A stretch of DNA of 64,000 nucleotides from Cytophagales bacterium (GCA_013298125.1 JAAFJP010000033.1:152-64151), one strand, 5' to 3'; positions 36,753 through 46,818 are shown, numbered from the stretch's first letter. Translations and numbers: made by a program. Notes: generated from the letters alone by a model not told the origin.

Positions 36753-37367
36753 ATGGCAAACATCAACGTTCTTGGCGAATACAATTTCCCAATCAAATTA
36801 GAGTTCAACATTGGTACATTTTCCAATGATTTTACAGCCACAGATTCTCACGGAAATGTGATTGCATACACCAAACAAAAATTATTCAAGTTCAAAGAAC
36901 ACGTTATCGTTTATGCCGACACTAACCAAACAGAAGTGAAATTTGAAATCAGAGCGGATAAATGGCTTGATTTTAATACTTCATACGCCTTCACGGACAA
37001 AAACGGTATGCCGATTGGAAGGGTTTTGAGAAAAGGTTGGCGTTCGATTTGGAAGGCTCAGTATAACATTCTTGACCATAATGACCAACCTGACTGTAAC
37101 ATCGCAGAAGCCGACCCTTGGACAAAAGTATTAGACGGACTTTTGAGTGAGATTCCAATTTTGGGAATTTTTACGGGATATTTATTTAACCCAACCTATA
37201 ACGTTACCCGACCAGACGGAACACTGATTTGTAAACTGAAAAAAGATGCTTCTTTCTTCGGACGTAAATTTACTATCAGCCAAGAGGACATTTTGCAAGC
37301 AGGCGAAGAAGAAAGAGTACTTTTGAGCTTGATGATGATGGTGTTGTTGGAGAGACGGAGAGGGTAG
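36753..37367 (+). CDS. Hypothetical protein (possibly LURP-one/scramblase-like tubby fold)
   Basis: ORF with repeated beta-strand pattern and a C-terminal hydrophobic helix (LLSLMMMVLLERRRG). The family call is tentative. Confidence 0.35.
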   Translation: MANINVLGEYNFPIKLEFNIGTFSNDFTATDSHGNVIAYTKQKLFKFKEHVIVYADTNQTEVKFEIRADKWLDFNTSYAFTDKNGMPIGRVLRKGWRSIWKAQYNILDHNDQPDCNIAEADPWTKVLDGLLSEIPILGIFTGYLFNPTYNVTRPDGTLICKLKKDASFFGRKFTISQEDILQAGEEERVLLSLMMMVLLERRRG

Positions 37368-37385
37368 GAATATGGTATAAAAGAC

Positions 37386-37422
37386 AAAAACAGGCAATTT
37401 TCAGTCAAATTGCCTGTTTTTA
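37386..37422. terminator. Bidirectional intrinsic terminator
   Basis: aaaaacaggcaatt-ttcagtca-aattgcctgttttta lies between convergent genes. Confidence 0.8.
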
Positions 37423-37489
37423 TGTTAATATATCGAAATATTGAGCTTTTATTTTACACTCAAGGAAGGCTTACACTTGTATTCACCGC

Positions 37490-38323
37490 TCACCTAAACC
37501 GACCCACAATATCAGAATACTTCCGAGCTACTGGTACAATAGAATCGGTTGGCTTCAAATGTAACTTAAAGCCTTGGGCATTACCTGTCACCTTGACTAC
37601 TTTGTCTAAATTAACAATAAAGGAACGATGACACCTTACAATAGATTTTATCTGAATTTGCCCTTCTAATCTTGTCAAACTACTTCTGATTAATTCCTTG
37701 ATAATCTGTTCTTCTTTCAGAAAAACAACCGTCGAATAATTATCACTTGACTCAATATATAACAAATTTAGGGTAGAAATTTCTAATGTATCTTTCTCAT
37801 TTTCAGCTACTAACATCAATTCTAAATGTTGGTTTTTCTCATTTGTGAAAGTAGGTTGAGGGGGTGTGTTGTACTGTTTTAAATGATAAATATAATTGCT
37901 CAATACTATCGCAACCGTTGGGAAAATACCCAGAATAAAAGTGTAACCCACCATGCTGAAAATAGTATAACCACTAAACGGAAATAAGAAAGTTAGCTGG
38001 CTATAAACGATATTGAGAAGAGCAATCGAAAGAAAATTCAACGTAAAAAAGAAAATCTCTCGACCAACCGTCCAGTTTTCTTCTTTGAAGTAATTTGGGA
38101 AGGTTTTAGGAACGATAAAATATAGAAAAAGCATCGTTGCCGAAGTAATAATACCGTAACCTAACAAGGTCAAAACTTTATTAGGAGAATAAAACTCCTT
38201 TATACCAAATGGCTCGAAATAAATCAAAAATAAACCCACAAAAAAACCAGTTCCTAACGAAAGTAAGATTTTTCGCTTGTCAGAATCAGTATGTGGGTAG
38301 GGCTGTTGCAGTATTTTGAGCAT
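37490..38323 (-). CDS. Membrane-anchored LytTR DNA-binding domain protein
   Basis: Four N-terminal TM segments followed by a C-terminal LytTR pattern (YIESSDNYSTVVF...RCHRSFIVNLDKV). Confidence 0.75.
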   Translation of the reverse strand: MLKILQQPYPHTDSDKRKILLSLGTGFFVGLFLIYFEPFGIKEFYSPNKVLTLLGYGIITSATMLFLYFIVPKTFPNYFKEENWTVGREIFFFTLNFLSIALLNIVYSQLTFLFPFSGYTIFSMVGYTFILGIFPTVAIVLSNYIYHLKQYNTPPQPTFTNEKNQHLELMLVAENEKDTLEISTLNLLYIESSDNYSTVVFLKEEQIIKELIRSSLTRLEGQIQIKSIVRCHRSFIVNLDKVVKVTGNAQGFKLHLKPTDSIVPVARKYSDIVGRFR

Positions 38324-38708
38324 AGAGTTTTAAGGATGATTTTTTATTTACAAATATACGTCCATCTGTATCGTTTAAAAAATGTGTTTTAACAAGACTA
38401 AAGAATATATTAACAAATTAAATCTTACACCACAAAACAGTTTTACCACATAAAAATACTCTAAACTCTCCACAAAAATACGCTTGTTTTCTCTATCCTC
38501 TCAAAGAAATATTCAAAAATTGACGTTCATAACAATAAACCGTTTTTTTCGTTAATGAGGTGGTACAAATATTGTATTTATTTTGCCTGTAAATACTGTA
38601 ATACAATCAATTAGCGGTATTTTTATTAAATTGCGTAAAATTATGTCCCGTAGTAGATTCCATAATTTTCAAAAACGATTTTATTTTATGAGTCTCTACC
38701 AAATACCG

Positions 38709-40448
38709 ATGACATTTAGATTAAAAAATACCTTCTCCATTCTGGCTATCTTTTTGATAATCAGTAATTTATCTTTTTCTCAAAAGAAGGAAGCCAAGAA
38801 AAAAGGAGAACCTACTATTTCGGAATTACAAGAGGCAGAATCTTACTTCACGGAAGGCATGAAATTTTACATGATGGAAGACTACGAAAAGGCGATTCCA
38901 TCCTATCAAAAAGCCCTCGAAATCACACCCAACAATGGTGGAATTTTCTATGCTTTGTCCAATAATTATCAAAAATTAAAAGACGAAGAAAAAGCAATTA
39001 TTTTTGCCGAAAAAGCCGTCCAACAAGACCCCGAAAATGCTACTTATAGCGAACTCCTTGCAGACTTGTACGTACGTAAGCGTAAGTATGAAGAGGCAGC
39101 ACGAGTTTATCAAAATCTTATCTCCCAAAATCCCACCAAAGCTGAGTATCACATCGAACAGGCAGCGGTCTATATCTTTGATAATCAGTATGATGATGCT
39201 CTAAAATCGTATGACCGTGCCGAGAGACTAATGGGTGTAAATGAAGAAGTTACCCGTCAAAAACAAATGGTTTTGATGAAAATGGGTAAGGTGGATGATG
39301 CCGTAAAAGAAGGCGAAAAATTAGTAAGTTCCGACCCCGAGGAGATAGAATTTAGTATCGATCAGGCGGAACTTTTGATGTCGAACAAACAAAGCGAAAA
39401 GGCGATTCCGTATCTTGAAAAAATACTAAAAATGAATCCCAACAATGCACAGGCTCATGTGATGTTGGCTCAGTTGTATCAGGAGAAGGGCGACATGGAA
39501 AAATGCAACCGAGAATTGGAATTGGCTTTTGCCGACAATAACCTCGATGCCACTACCAAAGCACGGATTTTGATGGGATATATGGGCATGGTAAAGGACG
39601 ATAAATCGAGAGAAACTGCCTTTAATTTAGTAAAATCTTTGGTAAAACAAAACCCCAACGACCCAAAATCTCATGCGATTTATGGAGATTTATTACTACA
39701 AAAAGGCGACGATAAAGGGGCAAGAGACGAGTATGTGAAGGCGGCGAGATTGGACAAATCTGTCCATGACGTTTGGGGAAATATTATCAACATGGATTTT
39801 AAATTACGTCAGGTTGATAGTGCCATCGTGCATAGTGAAGAGGCGATTGAGGTATTTCCGAATCAATCAGCCTTTTGGTATTTAAACGGCTCGGCATATT
39901 ACCAAAAACGTAATCACAGCAAAGCCGTTGAGTCTCTGGAAGAAGCTCGTAGATTAGCTCCCGAAGGCTCAGATTTGACCCAACATATTTACGCTCTTTT
40001 GGGTGATACGTACAACAGTCTCAACAAACACGAGAAGTCGGATGATGCCTACGAAGCCGCTTTGAAGGAAAATCCAGCGAATGACCATGTATTGAATAAT
40101 TACAGTTATTTTTTATCATTAAGAAAAGAAAAATTAGACCGTGCTGCTCAATTAGCTCAATTATTAGTAGAAAAACATCCAGACGATGCCACGTATTTGG
40201 ACACCTACGCATGGGTTTTGTACGTGATGAAAGACTACAAAAAAGCCAAGCCATTTCTCGAAAGAGCCGCCGAATTGAACGACCAGAAAAAAGATAAAAG
40301 TGGTGTAATTATCGAACATTTTGGCGATGTCCTTTTCCAATTAGGCGAGACTCAAAAAGCCCTCGAACAATGGAAAAAAGCCAAATCAGTAGGCAAAACC
40401 AGTACTTTGATTGATAAGAAAATTGCTGAAATGAAGTTGATAGAGTGA
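38709..40448 (+). CDS. Secreted tetratricopeptide-repeat protein
   Basis: Many TPR units. Signal peptide MTFRLKNTFSILAIFLIISNLSFSQ starts at ATG 38709. The ORF track starts at a TTG at 38583. Confidence 0.75.
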   Translation: MTFRLKNTFSILAIFLIISNLSFSQKKEAKKKGEPTISELQEAESYFTEGMKFYMMEDYEKAIPSYQKALEITPNNGGIFYALSNNYQKLKDEEKAIIFAEKAVQQDPENATYSELLADLYVRKRKYEEAARVYQNLISQNPTKAEYHIEQAAVYIFDNQYDDALKSYDRAERLMGVNEEVTRQKQMVLMKMGKVDDAVKEGEKLVSSDPEEIEFSIDQAELLMSNKQSEKAIPYLEKILKMNPNNAQAHVMLAQLYQEKGDMEKCNRELELAFADNNLDATTKARILMGYMGMVKDDKSRETAFNLVKSLVKQNPNDPKSHAIYGDLLLQKGDDKGARDEYVKAARLDKSVHDVWGNIINMDFKLRQVDSAIVHSEEAIEVFPNQSAFWYLNGSAYYQKRNHSKAVESLEEARRLAPEGSDLTQHIYALLGDTYNSLNKHEKSDDAYEAALKENPANDHVLNNYSYFLSLRKEKLDRAAQLAQLLVEKHPDDATYLDTYAWVLYVMKDYKKAKPFLERAAELNDQKKDKSGVIIEHFGDVLFQLGETQKALEQWKKAKSVGKTSTLIDKKIAEMKLIE

Positions 40449-40588
40449 AGTGGTGAAAAGGGTTAAAGAAGCTGAAAAGGGTTAAAGAAGGTGAAATGAG
40501 GTGAAAGGTTTTCATTCTCTAAAAAATTACCTCCTTTTACCCTTTTCACCTCCTTCACCCTTTTCACCCTTTTCACCTCCTTTCACCC
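40446..40588. repeat. Intergenic hairpin, 'gtgaaaaggg' word
   Basis: The left arm is gtgaagtggtgaaaagggttaaagaagctgaaaagggttaaagaaggtgaaatgaggtgaaagg. The right arm is acctccttttacccttttcacctccttcacccttttcacccttttcacctcctttcaccc. Confidence 0.9.
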
Positions 40589-40606
40589 AAAACGTAACCC
40601 TAAAAA

Positions 40607-41464
40607 ATGAATAAATCGCTCATATTCCTTCTTGCATCCATGTTGTTTTTTGCTTCCTGCAAGCGACAACAGATTAATAAAACTGCCAATACTTCCGTCA
40701 AAGATTCGGTCAATACAACCGTATTTACTCCTCCCGTCATTGTTAAAGATTCTGTCAAGGTTACTACCCCAAATATTCCCGTAAAAGTGGGTGAAAATGA
40801 GGAAGATAAGGTAAAAATTGATGAGATTGATTTTAGGTATTTGAAGGCGAAAGCAAAGGTTTCTTATAAAACACCCAAAGAAAGTCAGAGCTTTACAGTA
40901 GATATTAGGATGAAAAAAGATAGCTTGATTTGGATGAATATTTCTGTTATGGGCTTCACAGGTGCGACAGGACTTTTTGATAAAAATACTGTTAAACTTT
41001 ATGATAAAATTCACGGAGAATATAACGAATATACATACGTAGATTTCTCAGAGAAATTTAATTTTAACGTTAGCTATGATATTCTTCAATCTTTAATCGT
41101 AGGTAATCGTCCTTTTAAGAAAAATAAATCAAGAGTTGTGCGTGAAAATGAATATTATTTATTGAAACAACAACAAGATAAAGTGTTGATTGACAATTAT
41201 ATAGGTGAAAATAAGAAGCTAAAAAAACTACTTTTAACCCAAGAAGATACCAACAATAAATTGACCCTTGACTTTGATGATTTCACGATGTTGAATCAAT
41301 ATTTATTCCCAAATTCGAGTTTGATAACGGTAGATTATAAGTCTAACGAAGACCAAAAGATGTATCAAACAGTAGTAAATATCAAGCACACGAAGGTAGA
41401 GTTATTCGATACACCTCTTGAATTTCCGTTTAAAGTGCCTGAGAAGTTGTTGAAGAAAAATTAA
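40607..41464 (+). CDS. DUF4292-like (LolB-like) outer-membrane lipoprotein
   Basis: Lipobox FFASC. The TPR - DUF4292 - M23 peptidase order is a common Bacteroidota neighbourhood. Confidence 0.6.
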   Translation: MNKSLIFLLASMLFFASCKRQQINKTANTSVKDSVNTTVFTPPVIVKDSVKVTTPNIPVKVGENEEDKVKIDEIDFRYLKAKAKVSYKTPKESQSFTVDIRMKKDSLIWMNISVMGFTGATGLFDKNTVKLYDKIHGEYNEYTYVDFSEKFNFNVSYDILQSLIVGNRPFKKNKSRVVRENEYYLLKQQQDKVLIDNYIGENKKLKKLLLTQEDTNNKLTLDFDDFTMLNQYLFPNSSLITVDYKSNEDQKMYQTVVNIKHTKVELFDTPLEFPFKVPEKLLKKN

Positions 41465-41487
41465 GTATGAATGAGTAATTTAAAATA

Positions 41488-41775
41488 ATGATGTTTGAAA
41501 ATAATCAACAAAGTAATTTGGGACAAAGAAAGCCAATTTTTGAAAAAGCATTCAACGAAGCTGAAATTGCAGCCATGACTTCTGGTGAATATGATAACTA
41601 TCTAAAAAGTTTGATGAAATATATCGAAATGAGGGAAGTAATAAACACGGCTGTTGAAAGTGCTGAAAAAGATAGCTCAAAAAAGATTGCAAGGGAGATG
41701 AAAAAAGATGGAGTTAGCACAGATAAAATTATGAAATATACGGGTTTATCAGAAAAAGAAATTGGCGATTTGTAA
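41488..41775 (+). pseudogene. Remnant resembling the C-terminal tail of an Rpn/PD-(D/E)XK 'putative transposase' family protein
   Basis: The ending ...KKIAREMKKDGVSTDKIMKYTGLSEKEIGDL matches the characteristic HTH-like tail of that family. No nuclease domain lies upstream. Confidence 0.45.
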
Positions 41776-41835
41776 AATGGAAAATAGTTGGAATAGCAAG
41801 TGAAAGAAGCCTTTATAATATTTTAACCACTAAGA

Positions 41836-42840
41836 ATGAAACCAAATCTATTTAATTACGCAACATCTGAATTATCGCAAGACGCATTTATTTGTTGGCT
41901 ATTAGACTGGGCTAACGATAGCAACTCAGAACATGATAGAAACCTAAATCTGTTGGCAAAAACATTTGTTGATGTTCTTCTCAACAAAAAATTAATTAAT
42001 TATAACATCGTTGTAGATAAACAGTTGAAGAATATTGACATTCTTGCAACTATAAATGATAGATATTTTTTAGTAATTGAAGATAAAAAAGGTACTTCTG
42101 AACATTCCAATCAATTGACAAAATATGCCAATCATGCAAAAGAACAGAGTTTAGTTCCAAGACTTGTGTATTTTAAAATGGAAGAACAAAGCAACTGGAA
42201 GAATGTTCAAGAGGCTGGTTTTACTCATTTTAATAGGGAGAAAATGTTGAAGGTGCTAAATACTTATTTTGTTTCAGTACCCGAGAAACTTCAAAATCAT
42301 ATCTTAAAAGATTATTACGATGAATTATTGAAATTAGACCAAGAGATAAATTCATTTAAAACTTTACTGATTCAAAATTGGAATGACAAATCATGGATGG
42401 GTTTTTTCCATAATCTTCAAATGGAATTAGCCGAATTTGAACCAAAATGGAATTATGTTTCTAATCCTTCTGGTGGCTTTTTAGGGTTTTTTTGGAATGA
42501 TACTAAATCAAGTGAGGATAGCCCTATATTTTATTTACAAATTGAACAAACAGGACTTGTAACATTTAGATTTAGATCTGATAATATGGAACAGGATAAG
42601 GTTTACAGGGATATTTTCAAGAATAATTTGCAAATAGTCGCTGAAAAATATCAAATAGAGTTAGTCAATTATGGAGGTCGGGGAAGAATTAGAGATACAA
42701 TGGGTGTACTAAAACTCAATGAAGATTTTATTAAAATTGATAACAATGGTACTATTGACTTTTTAGGCACAGTAACATTCTTGAAGACTATTACAAAAAT
42801 TCTGACTGATTCAGTAAATAAGATGAGTTTATCTCAATAG
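41836..42840 (+). CDS. PD-(D/E)XK nuclease-superfamily protein (PDDEXK_4-like)
   Basis: N-terminal SELSQDAFICWLL, then the core NIDILATINDRYFLVIEDKKGTSEHSNQLTKY (D ... E-D-K). The C-terminal half is unknown. Confidence 0.55.
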   Translation: MKPNLFNYATSELSQDAFICWLLDWANDSNSEHDRNLNLLAKTFVDVLLNKKLINYNIVVDKQLKNIDILATINDRYFLVIEDKKGTSEHSNQLTKYANHAKEQSLVPRLVYFKMEEQSNWKNVQEAGFTHFNREKMLKVLNTYFVSVPEKLQNHILKDYYDELLKLDQEINSFKTLLIQNWNDKSWMGFFHNLQMELAEFEPKWNYVSNPSGGFLGFFWNDTKSSEDSPIFYLQIEQTGLVTFRFRSDNMEQDKVYRDIFKNNLQIVAEKYQIELVNYGGRGRIRDTMGVLKLNEDFIKIDNNGTIDFLGTVTFLKTITKILTDSVNKMSLSQ

Positions 42841-42948
42841 AAGTTATAACATCAAAGACTAACAAAAAACCAAAATCCCATAAACGCAAAAAAACATATC
42901 CCCCCCCAAAAGGCAGCCCTGAAATTTATTTCTGGACTGCTTCTTGTT

Positions 42949-44169
42949 TTGTTGTGCCTATCCCTCACAGACACGCAGGCACAGCGAAGACGTAAGTCAA
43001 ACCGTCGGGCGAGGTTGGAGGCTGCCAAGCGTGATAACCTCCAAAAGATTCAGGAAATCAATAAAATTATTGAAAAAACAGAGCAAAAGAAAGAGGTTAG
43101 CGTCGGCAAACTCAATGCCATTGGCGAGCGTATCAATAAGCAAACCAAACAGATTGATATTATCTCCGAAAACCAGCAACTCCTTGAAAATGAGGCACAA
43201 GAACTCACCCGTGTAACCACAGAACTCTCAGGGAATCTCGAAAAATTGAAAGAAGAATATGCCAAGATGATTTATGCTTCGGCAAAGACCAGTAATAAAT
43301 TCAACAAGCTGAGTTTCTTGTTTTCTTCGGCAAATTTTAATCAATTAGTTCGTCGTTATAAATACCTCCAACAATACTCCAAAGCCCGTGAAAAACAGGC
43401 AGTTCTCATCCAAAAAGTACGCACAGAACTTTTGGCAGAACAGGTAAACGTATTGCGTAAAAAACAAGAGCAAGAGTCTGTTTTGCGTGAAAAAATTACG
43501 GAAACTCAAAACTTACAGACCCTCAAAGGTAAGCAATCGAGTGTGGTGAGTCAGTTAAATCAAAAAGAAAAAGCCCTCAAAAATCAACTGGCGAGCAATA
43601 AACAAGCCGTTGAACGATTGGAGAATATGATTGCGAGAATCGTTGAAAGAGAAATCAGACGCTCGCAAGAACGTGAACGCAAGGACGAAGCCAAGTCAGA
43701 ACCATCCAACAACAACAACAAAGCTATCGCCATGACTGCCGAAGAAAGTAAACTGGCGACCTCCTTCTCTGCCTTACGTGGGCGTATGCCTTGGCCCGTG
43801 GGTTCTGGGTTCATTTCTGACCATTTTGGAGTTCACAATCACCCTGTTTTGAAAGGGATTAAAACTAATAACAACGGCGTGGATATTCAGACCAGTGCGG
43901 GTAATGATGTGAAGGTGGTTTATGATGGCGTTGTACAGTCGGTAGTGTCAATCCCTGGGGCAAATATGATTGTGGCGGTTCAGCACGGAGATTATTTTAC
44001 GGTGTATAGCAAACTCTCAAACGTCAATGTTTCGACAGGACAAAAAATTAGCTCAGGACAAAAAATTGGCGTAGTAGCCACCGACAATGACGGTACATCA
44101 GAAATCAATTTTCAGGTTTGGAAAAATTTTGATAAGATTAATCCAGAGAAGTGGTTGAGGGGGAGATGA
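42949..44169 (+). CDS. M23-family peptidoglycan metalloendopeptidase with N-terminal coiled coil (EnvC-like)
   Basis: A long coiled-coil region precedes a LytM domain (HPVLKGIKTNNNGVDI...AVQHGDYFTVY). The start is uncertain because the frame is open back to 42850 with no ATG (see findings). Confidence 0.8.
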   Translation: MLCLSLTDTQAQRRRKSNRRARLEAAKRDNLQKIQEINKIIEKTEQKKEVSVGKLNAIGERINKQTKQIDIISENQQLLENEAQELTRVTTELSGNLEKLKEEYAKMIYASAKTSNKFNKLSFLFSSANFNQLVRRYKYLQQYSKAREKQAVLIQKVRTELLAEQVNVLRKKQEQESVLREKITETQNLQTLKGKQSSVVSQLNQKEKALKNQLASNKQAVERLENMIARIVEREIRRSQERERKDEAKSEPSNNNNKAIAMTAEESKLATSFSALRGRMPWPVGSGFISDHFGVHNHPVLKGIKTNNNGVDIQTSAGNDVKVVYDGVVQSVVSIPGANMIVAVQHGDYFTVYSKLSNVNVSTGQKISSGQKIGVVATDNDGTSEINFQVWKNFDKINPEKWLRGR

Positions 44170-44299
44170 AAGTTGTTAAGTTTCAAAGTTATTAAGTTGA
44201 TAAATGAGTGGCAGAATTTTGCCCAGTTTAATTACTTAAAACTTAGCAACTTTGTAAGCCCAAAACCTAACAACTTAGAAACTTAGTAACTTAACAACT
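44170..44299. repeat. Intergenic hairpin, 'aagttgttaagtt' word
   Basis: aagttgttaagtttcaaagttattaagtt (44170-44198) pairs with taacaacttagaaacttagtaacttaacaact (44268-44299). Confidence 0.85.
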
Positions 44300-44482
44300 C
44301 CCTTTGGCATTCTTTTTGAACTTAGCCTTTAAAAGATTCTCAGATAACATGGATTATTGCAAGAGATTTTATAATTTTGCAGTCCGATTTTAATTCACGG
44401 AGATTCAATCAGTTAATGGTCTTTAAAATTTGATTTTATTCCTTACAAAAAGACTATTAATCATTAACAATAAAACCAACCA

Positions 44483-45160
44483 ATGGCAAAGAAAGAAGTA
44501 GTAGAAAAATCATCACTTGAATTTTTAGAAAGTGCTGAGGGCTTACAACAAGAGATAAGCAAAGTTCAAACAACAGTAGAAAAAAATAAAAACGTTATTT
44601 ATGGCGTTGCAGGAGCTTTGTTATTGGCTGTTGTGGGTTATTTTGGATACAAATATTACACAACATCACAAGACGAAGAAGGTCAAGCGAAGTTGTTTAA
44701 TTCAGTTTATAAATTTGAGGCAGATTCAAACAAAGTTGCTGCCAAAGAAATGTCAAAAATTGCGGGTGATTTTGGTGGAAACACAGGAAACTTAGCCAAT
44801 TTTTATGCAGGCGTTGCCAACTTGAAAGAAGGTAAATATGATGCAGCAATTGACCAATTAAAATCTTTCAGTAGCTCTGATTTATTAGTTCAGGCTCGTG
44901 CTTACTCATTAATCGGGGATGCTTATTCTGAAAAGAAGGCTTACGGAGATGCGGTTGATTATTACAGAAAAGCATCAGAATATAAGGCTAACAAATTCTT
45001 TACGCCATCGTATATGATGAAATTAGCGATAGCACTCGAAGCCAACAAAGAACCCAAAGAGGCGTTGGCAGTTTATACTGAAATCGTAGAAAAATACGCT
45101 CAGTCTCCAGAGGCAATAAGTGCTAAGAAATACAAGGCGATTTTGGAAGGAGCTGAGTAA
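44483..45160 (+). CDS. Membrane-anchored TPR-like protein (YfgM-like)
   Basis: Single TM segment (VIYGVAGALLLAVVGYFGY) followed by TPR-like helices. It lies upstream of ribH. Confidence 0.6.
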   Translation: MAKKEVVEKSSLEFLESAEGLQQEISKVQTTVEKNKNVIYGVAGALLLAVVGYFGYKYYTTSQDEEGQAKLFNSVYKFEADSNKVAAKEMSKIAGDFGGNTGNLANFYAGVANLKEGKYDAAIDQLKSFSSSDLLVQARAYSLIGDAYSEKKAYGDAVDYYRKASEYKANKFFTPSYMMKLAIALEANKEPKEALAVYTEIVEKYAQSPEAISAKKYKAILEGAE

Positions 45161-45172
45161 TTTAGCATTAAA

Positions 45173-45302
45173 AATGAATAGTTAATAGTTGATTATCAAT
45201 GATTTAGCTATTTTATATAAACTTAGTAGAAAAGGAATAGAGCTGATGTTCTGTTCCTTTTTTCTTTTAAAACTATTACTTTTTCACTATTAACTATTCA
45301 TT
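45173..45302. repeat. Intergenic hairpin ('aatgaatagttaatagt' arms) enclosing a terminator-like inner hairpin
   Basis: aatgaatagttaatagtt (45173-45190) pairs with cactattaactattcatt (45285-45302). The inner hairpin is aaaaggaatag-agctgatgtt-ctgttcctttttt. Confidence 0.85.
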
Positions 45303-45307
45303 AAATC

Positions 45308-45811
45308 ATGTCCTCAGCACATAAAAACCTCAGTATTTTTTCAACTGATAATTTACCAGATATTAGTAAAAGACGTTTTGCCATTATTACGGCAGAATGG
45401 AACGCAGAAATAACTTATGCCCTTACGGCAGGAGCAATTAAAACCCTTTTGGCACACGGAGCATTATCAGAAAATGTAGTTAGGGTAACTGTTCCTGGGA
45501 GTTATGAATTGACTTTTGCGGCTCAAAAAATGGCTCAAAAATATACGATTGATGCCGTTATTTGTATCGGTTGTGTGATTCAGGGCGAAACAAAACATAA
45601 TGACTATATCAATCATGCCGTTGCTCAGGGATTAACTAATGTGAGCTTGAAATACGATAAACCTGTGATTTTTGGGGTACTAACTCCAAATACCGAACAG
45701 CAAGCCCTTGATCGAGCGGGAGGAATTCATGGAAACAAAGGAGATGAGGCAGCAATAACAGCAATAAAAATGTTGGCGTTTCAGCCTGAAAGAAGTGATT
45801 TACCTTTTTAG
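45308..45811 (+). CDS. ribH: 6,7-dimethyl-8-ribityllumazine synthase
   Basis: Typical length and motifs (RFAIITAEWNAEIT, VPGSYELTF, GVLT...QALDRAG). Confidence 0.9.
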   Translation: MSSAHKNLSIFSTDNLPDISKRRFAIITAEWNAEITYALTAGAIKTLLAHGALSENVVRVTVPGSYELTFAAQKMAQKYTIDAVICIGCVIQGETKHNDYINHAVAQGLTNVSLKYDKPVIFGVLTPNTEQQALDRAGGIHGNKGDEAAITAIKMLAFQPERSDLPF

Positions 45812-45818
45812 AATTTCT

Positions 45819-45861
45819 TAGATTCGATGTTTGTTTTTATGAAAAGCGACCATCGAATCTA
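45819..45861. terminator. Inverted repeat between convergent ribH and MoxR genes
   Basis: tagattcgatg-(21 nt)-catcgaatcta. The right arm overlaps the MoxR stop codon. Confidence 0.5.
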
Positions 45862-46818
45862 TCTACCAATTGCGACTTTTCTAAGAATGGTATCAATGAC
45901 TTGCATCGTATTGATACCGTCTGCCTCGGCTTCATAATTCAGCATAATTCTGTGATTGAGTACATCGGGGGCGATTTCTTTAATGTCTTCGGGAAGTACA
46001 TAATCACGTCCGTCGAGGTATGCAAGCACTTTTGAGGCTAAATTCATGTTGATACTTGCACGGGGAGAAGCTCCAAATTGCACGTAACGTGCTTCTTCAC
46101 GCAAGCCATAATCGCCAGGTTTGCGAGTGGCAAAGATTAATTCAATAATGTACTTTTCTAAGGTTTCAGAAATGGTAATATTATTGATTTCTTTCCTGAT
46201 AGTAAAAATATCTTGCTTCGTTAAAATAGCCTTGGGCTGATAGCTGAACTCCATATTCGACATCTTCCTCATTACTTCCAACTCTTGGTCTTTATTCAGA
46301 TAATCCACAAAAACTTTTAGCATAAATCTGTCCACCTGAGCTTCGGGCAAGGGAAACGTACCTTCTTGTTCCACAGGGTTTTGCGTAGCCAATACCAAGA
46401 AAGGTTTGTCTAAAAAATAAGTCTCATCGCCAATGGTAACTTGCTTTTCCTGCATGGCTTCTAACAAGGCTGACTGCACCTTGGCAGGGGCTCTATTTAT
46501 CTCATCGGCAAGAATGATATTGGCAAAAATAGGACCTTTTTTTACTTCAAAATCATCCAATTTACGACTATAAATCATGGTTCCGATAAGGTCGGCGGGG
46601 AGTAAGTCGGGCGTGAACTGAATACGGTGAAAATGTAAATCTAAAATTTTAGATAAAGTATTGATTGCTAAGGTTTTAGCAAGCCCAGGTACGCCTTCCA
46701 AAAGGACGTGTCCACCCGTAAAAAGACCAATCAGGAGGCGGTTTGTCAATTTTTCGTGACCAACCACTACCTTGCCCATTTCATCAAAAACTAATTGTAT
46801 TTTTTCTCGTGAAGTCAT
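45859..46818 (-). CDS. MoxR-family AAA+ ATPase
   Basis: Walker A is GVPGLAKT and Walker B is ILADEINRA. Contains the typical MoxR AAA_3 plus lid domain. Confidence 0.9.
   Translation of the reverse strand: MTSREKIQLVFDEMGKVVVGHEKLTNRLLIGLFTGGHVLLEGVPGLAKTLAINTLSKILDLHFHRIQFTPDLLPADLIGTMIYSRKLDDFEVKKGPIFANIILADEINRAPAKVQSALLEAMQEKQVTIGDETYFLDKPFLVLATQNPVEQEGTFPLPEAQVDRFMLKVFVDYLNKDQELEVMRKMSNMEFSYQPKAILTKQDIFTIRKEINNITISETLEKYIIELIFATRKPGDYGLREEARYVQFGASPRASINMNLASKVLAYLDGRDYVLPEDIKEIAPDVLNHRIMLNYEAEADGINTMQVIDTILRKVAIGR

Noticed and set aside
40583-41014. 143-aa minus-strand ORF
   Set aside because: It lies antisense to the DUF4292 lipoprotein gene, starts inside the hairpin repeat, and has a Phe/Ile/Asn-rich composition typical of AT-rich antisense frames.
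45161-45307. FMN riboswitch upstream of ribH
   Set aside because: The region is explained by the inverted-repeat element plus an inner terminator-like hairpin. I could not find the conserved FMN-element core. ribH may also be read from the upstream TPR gene.
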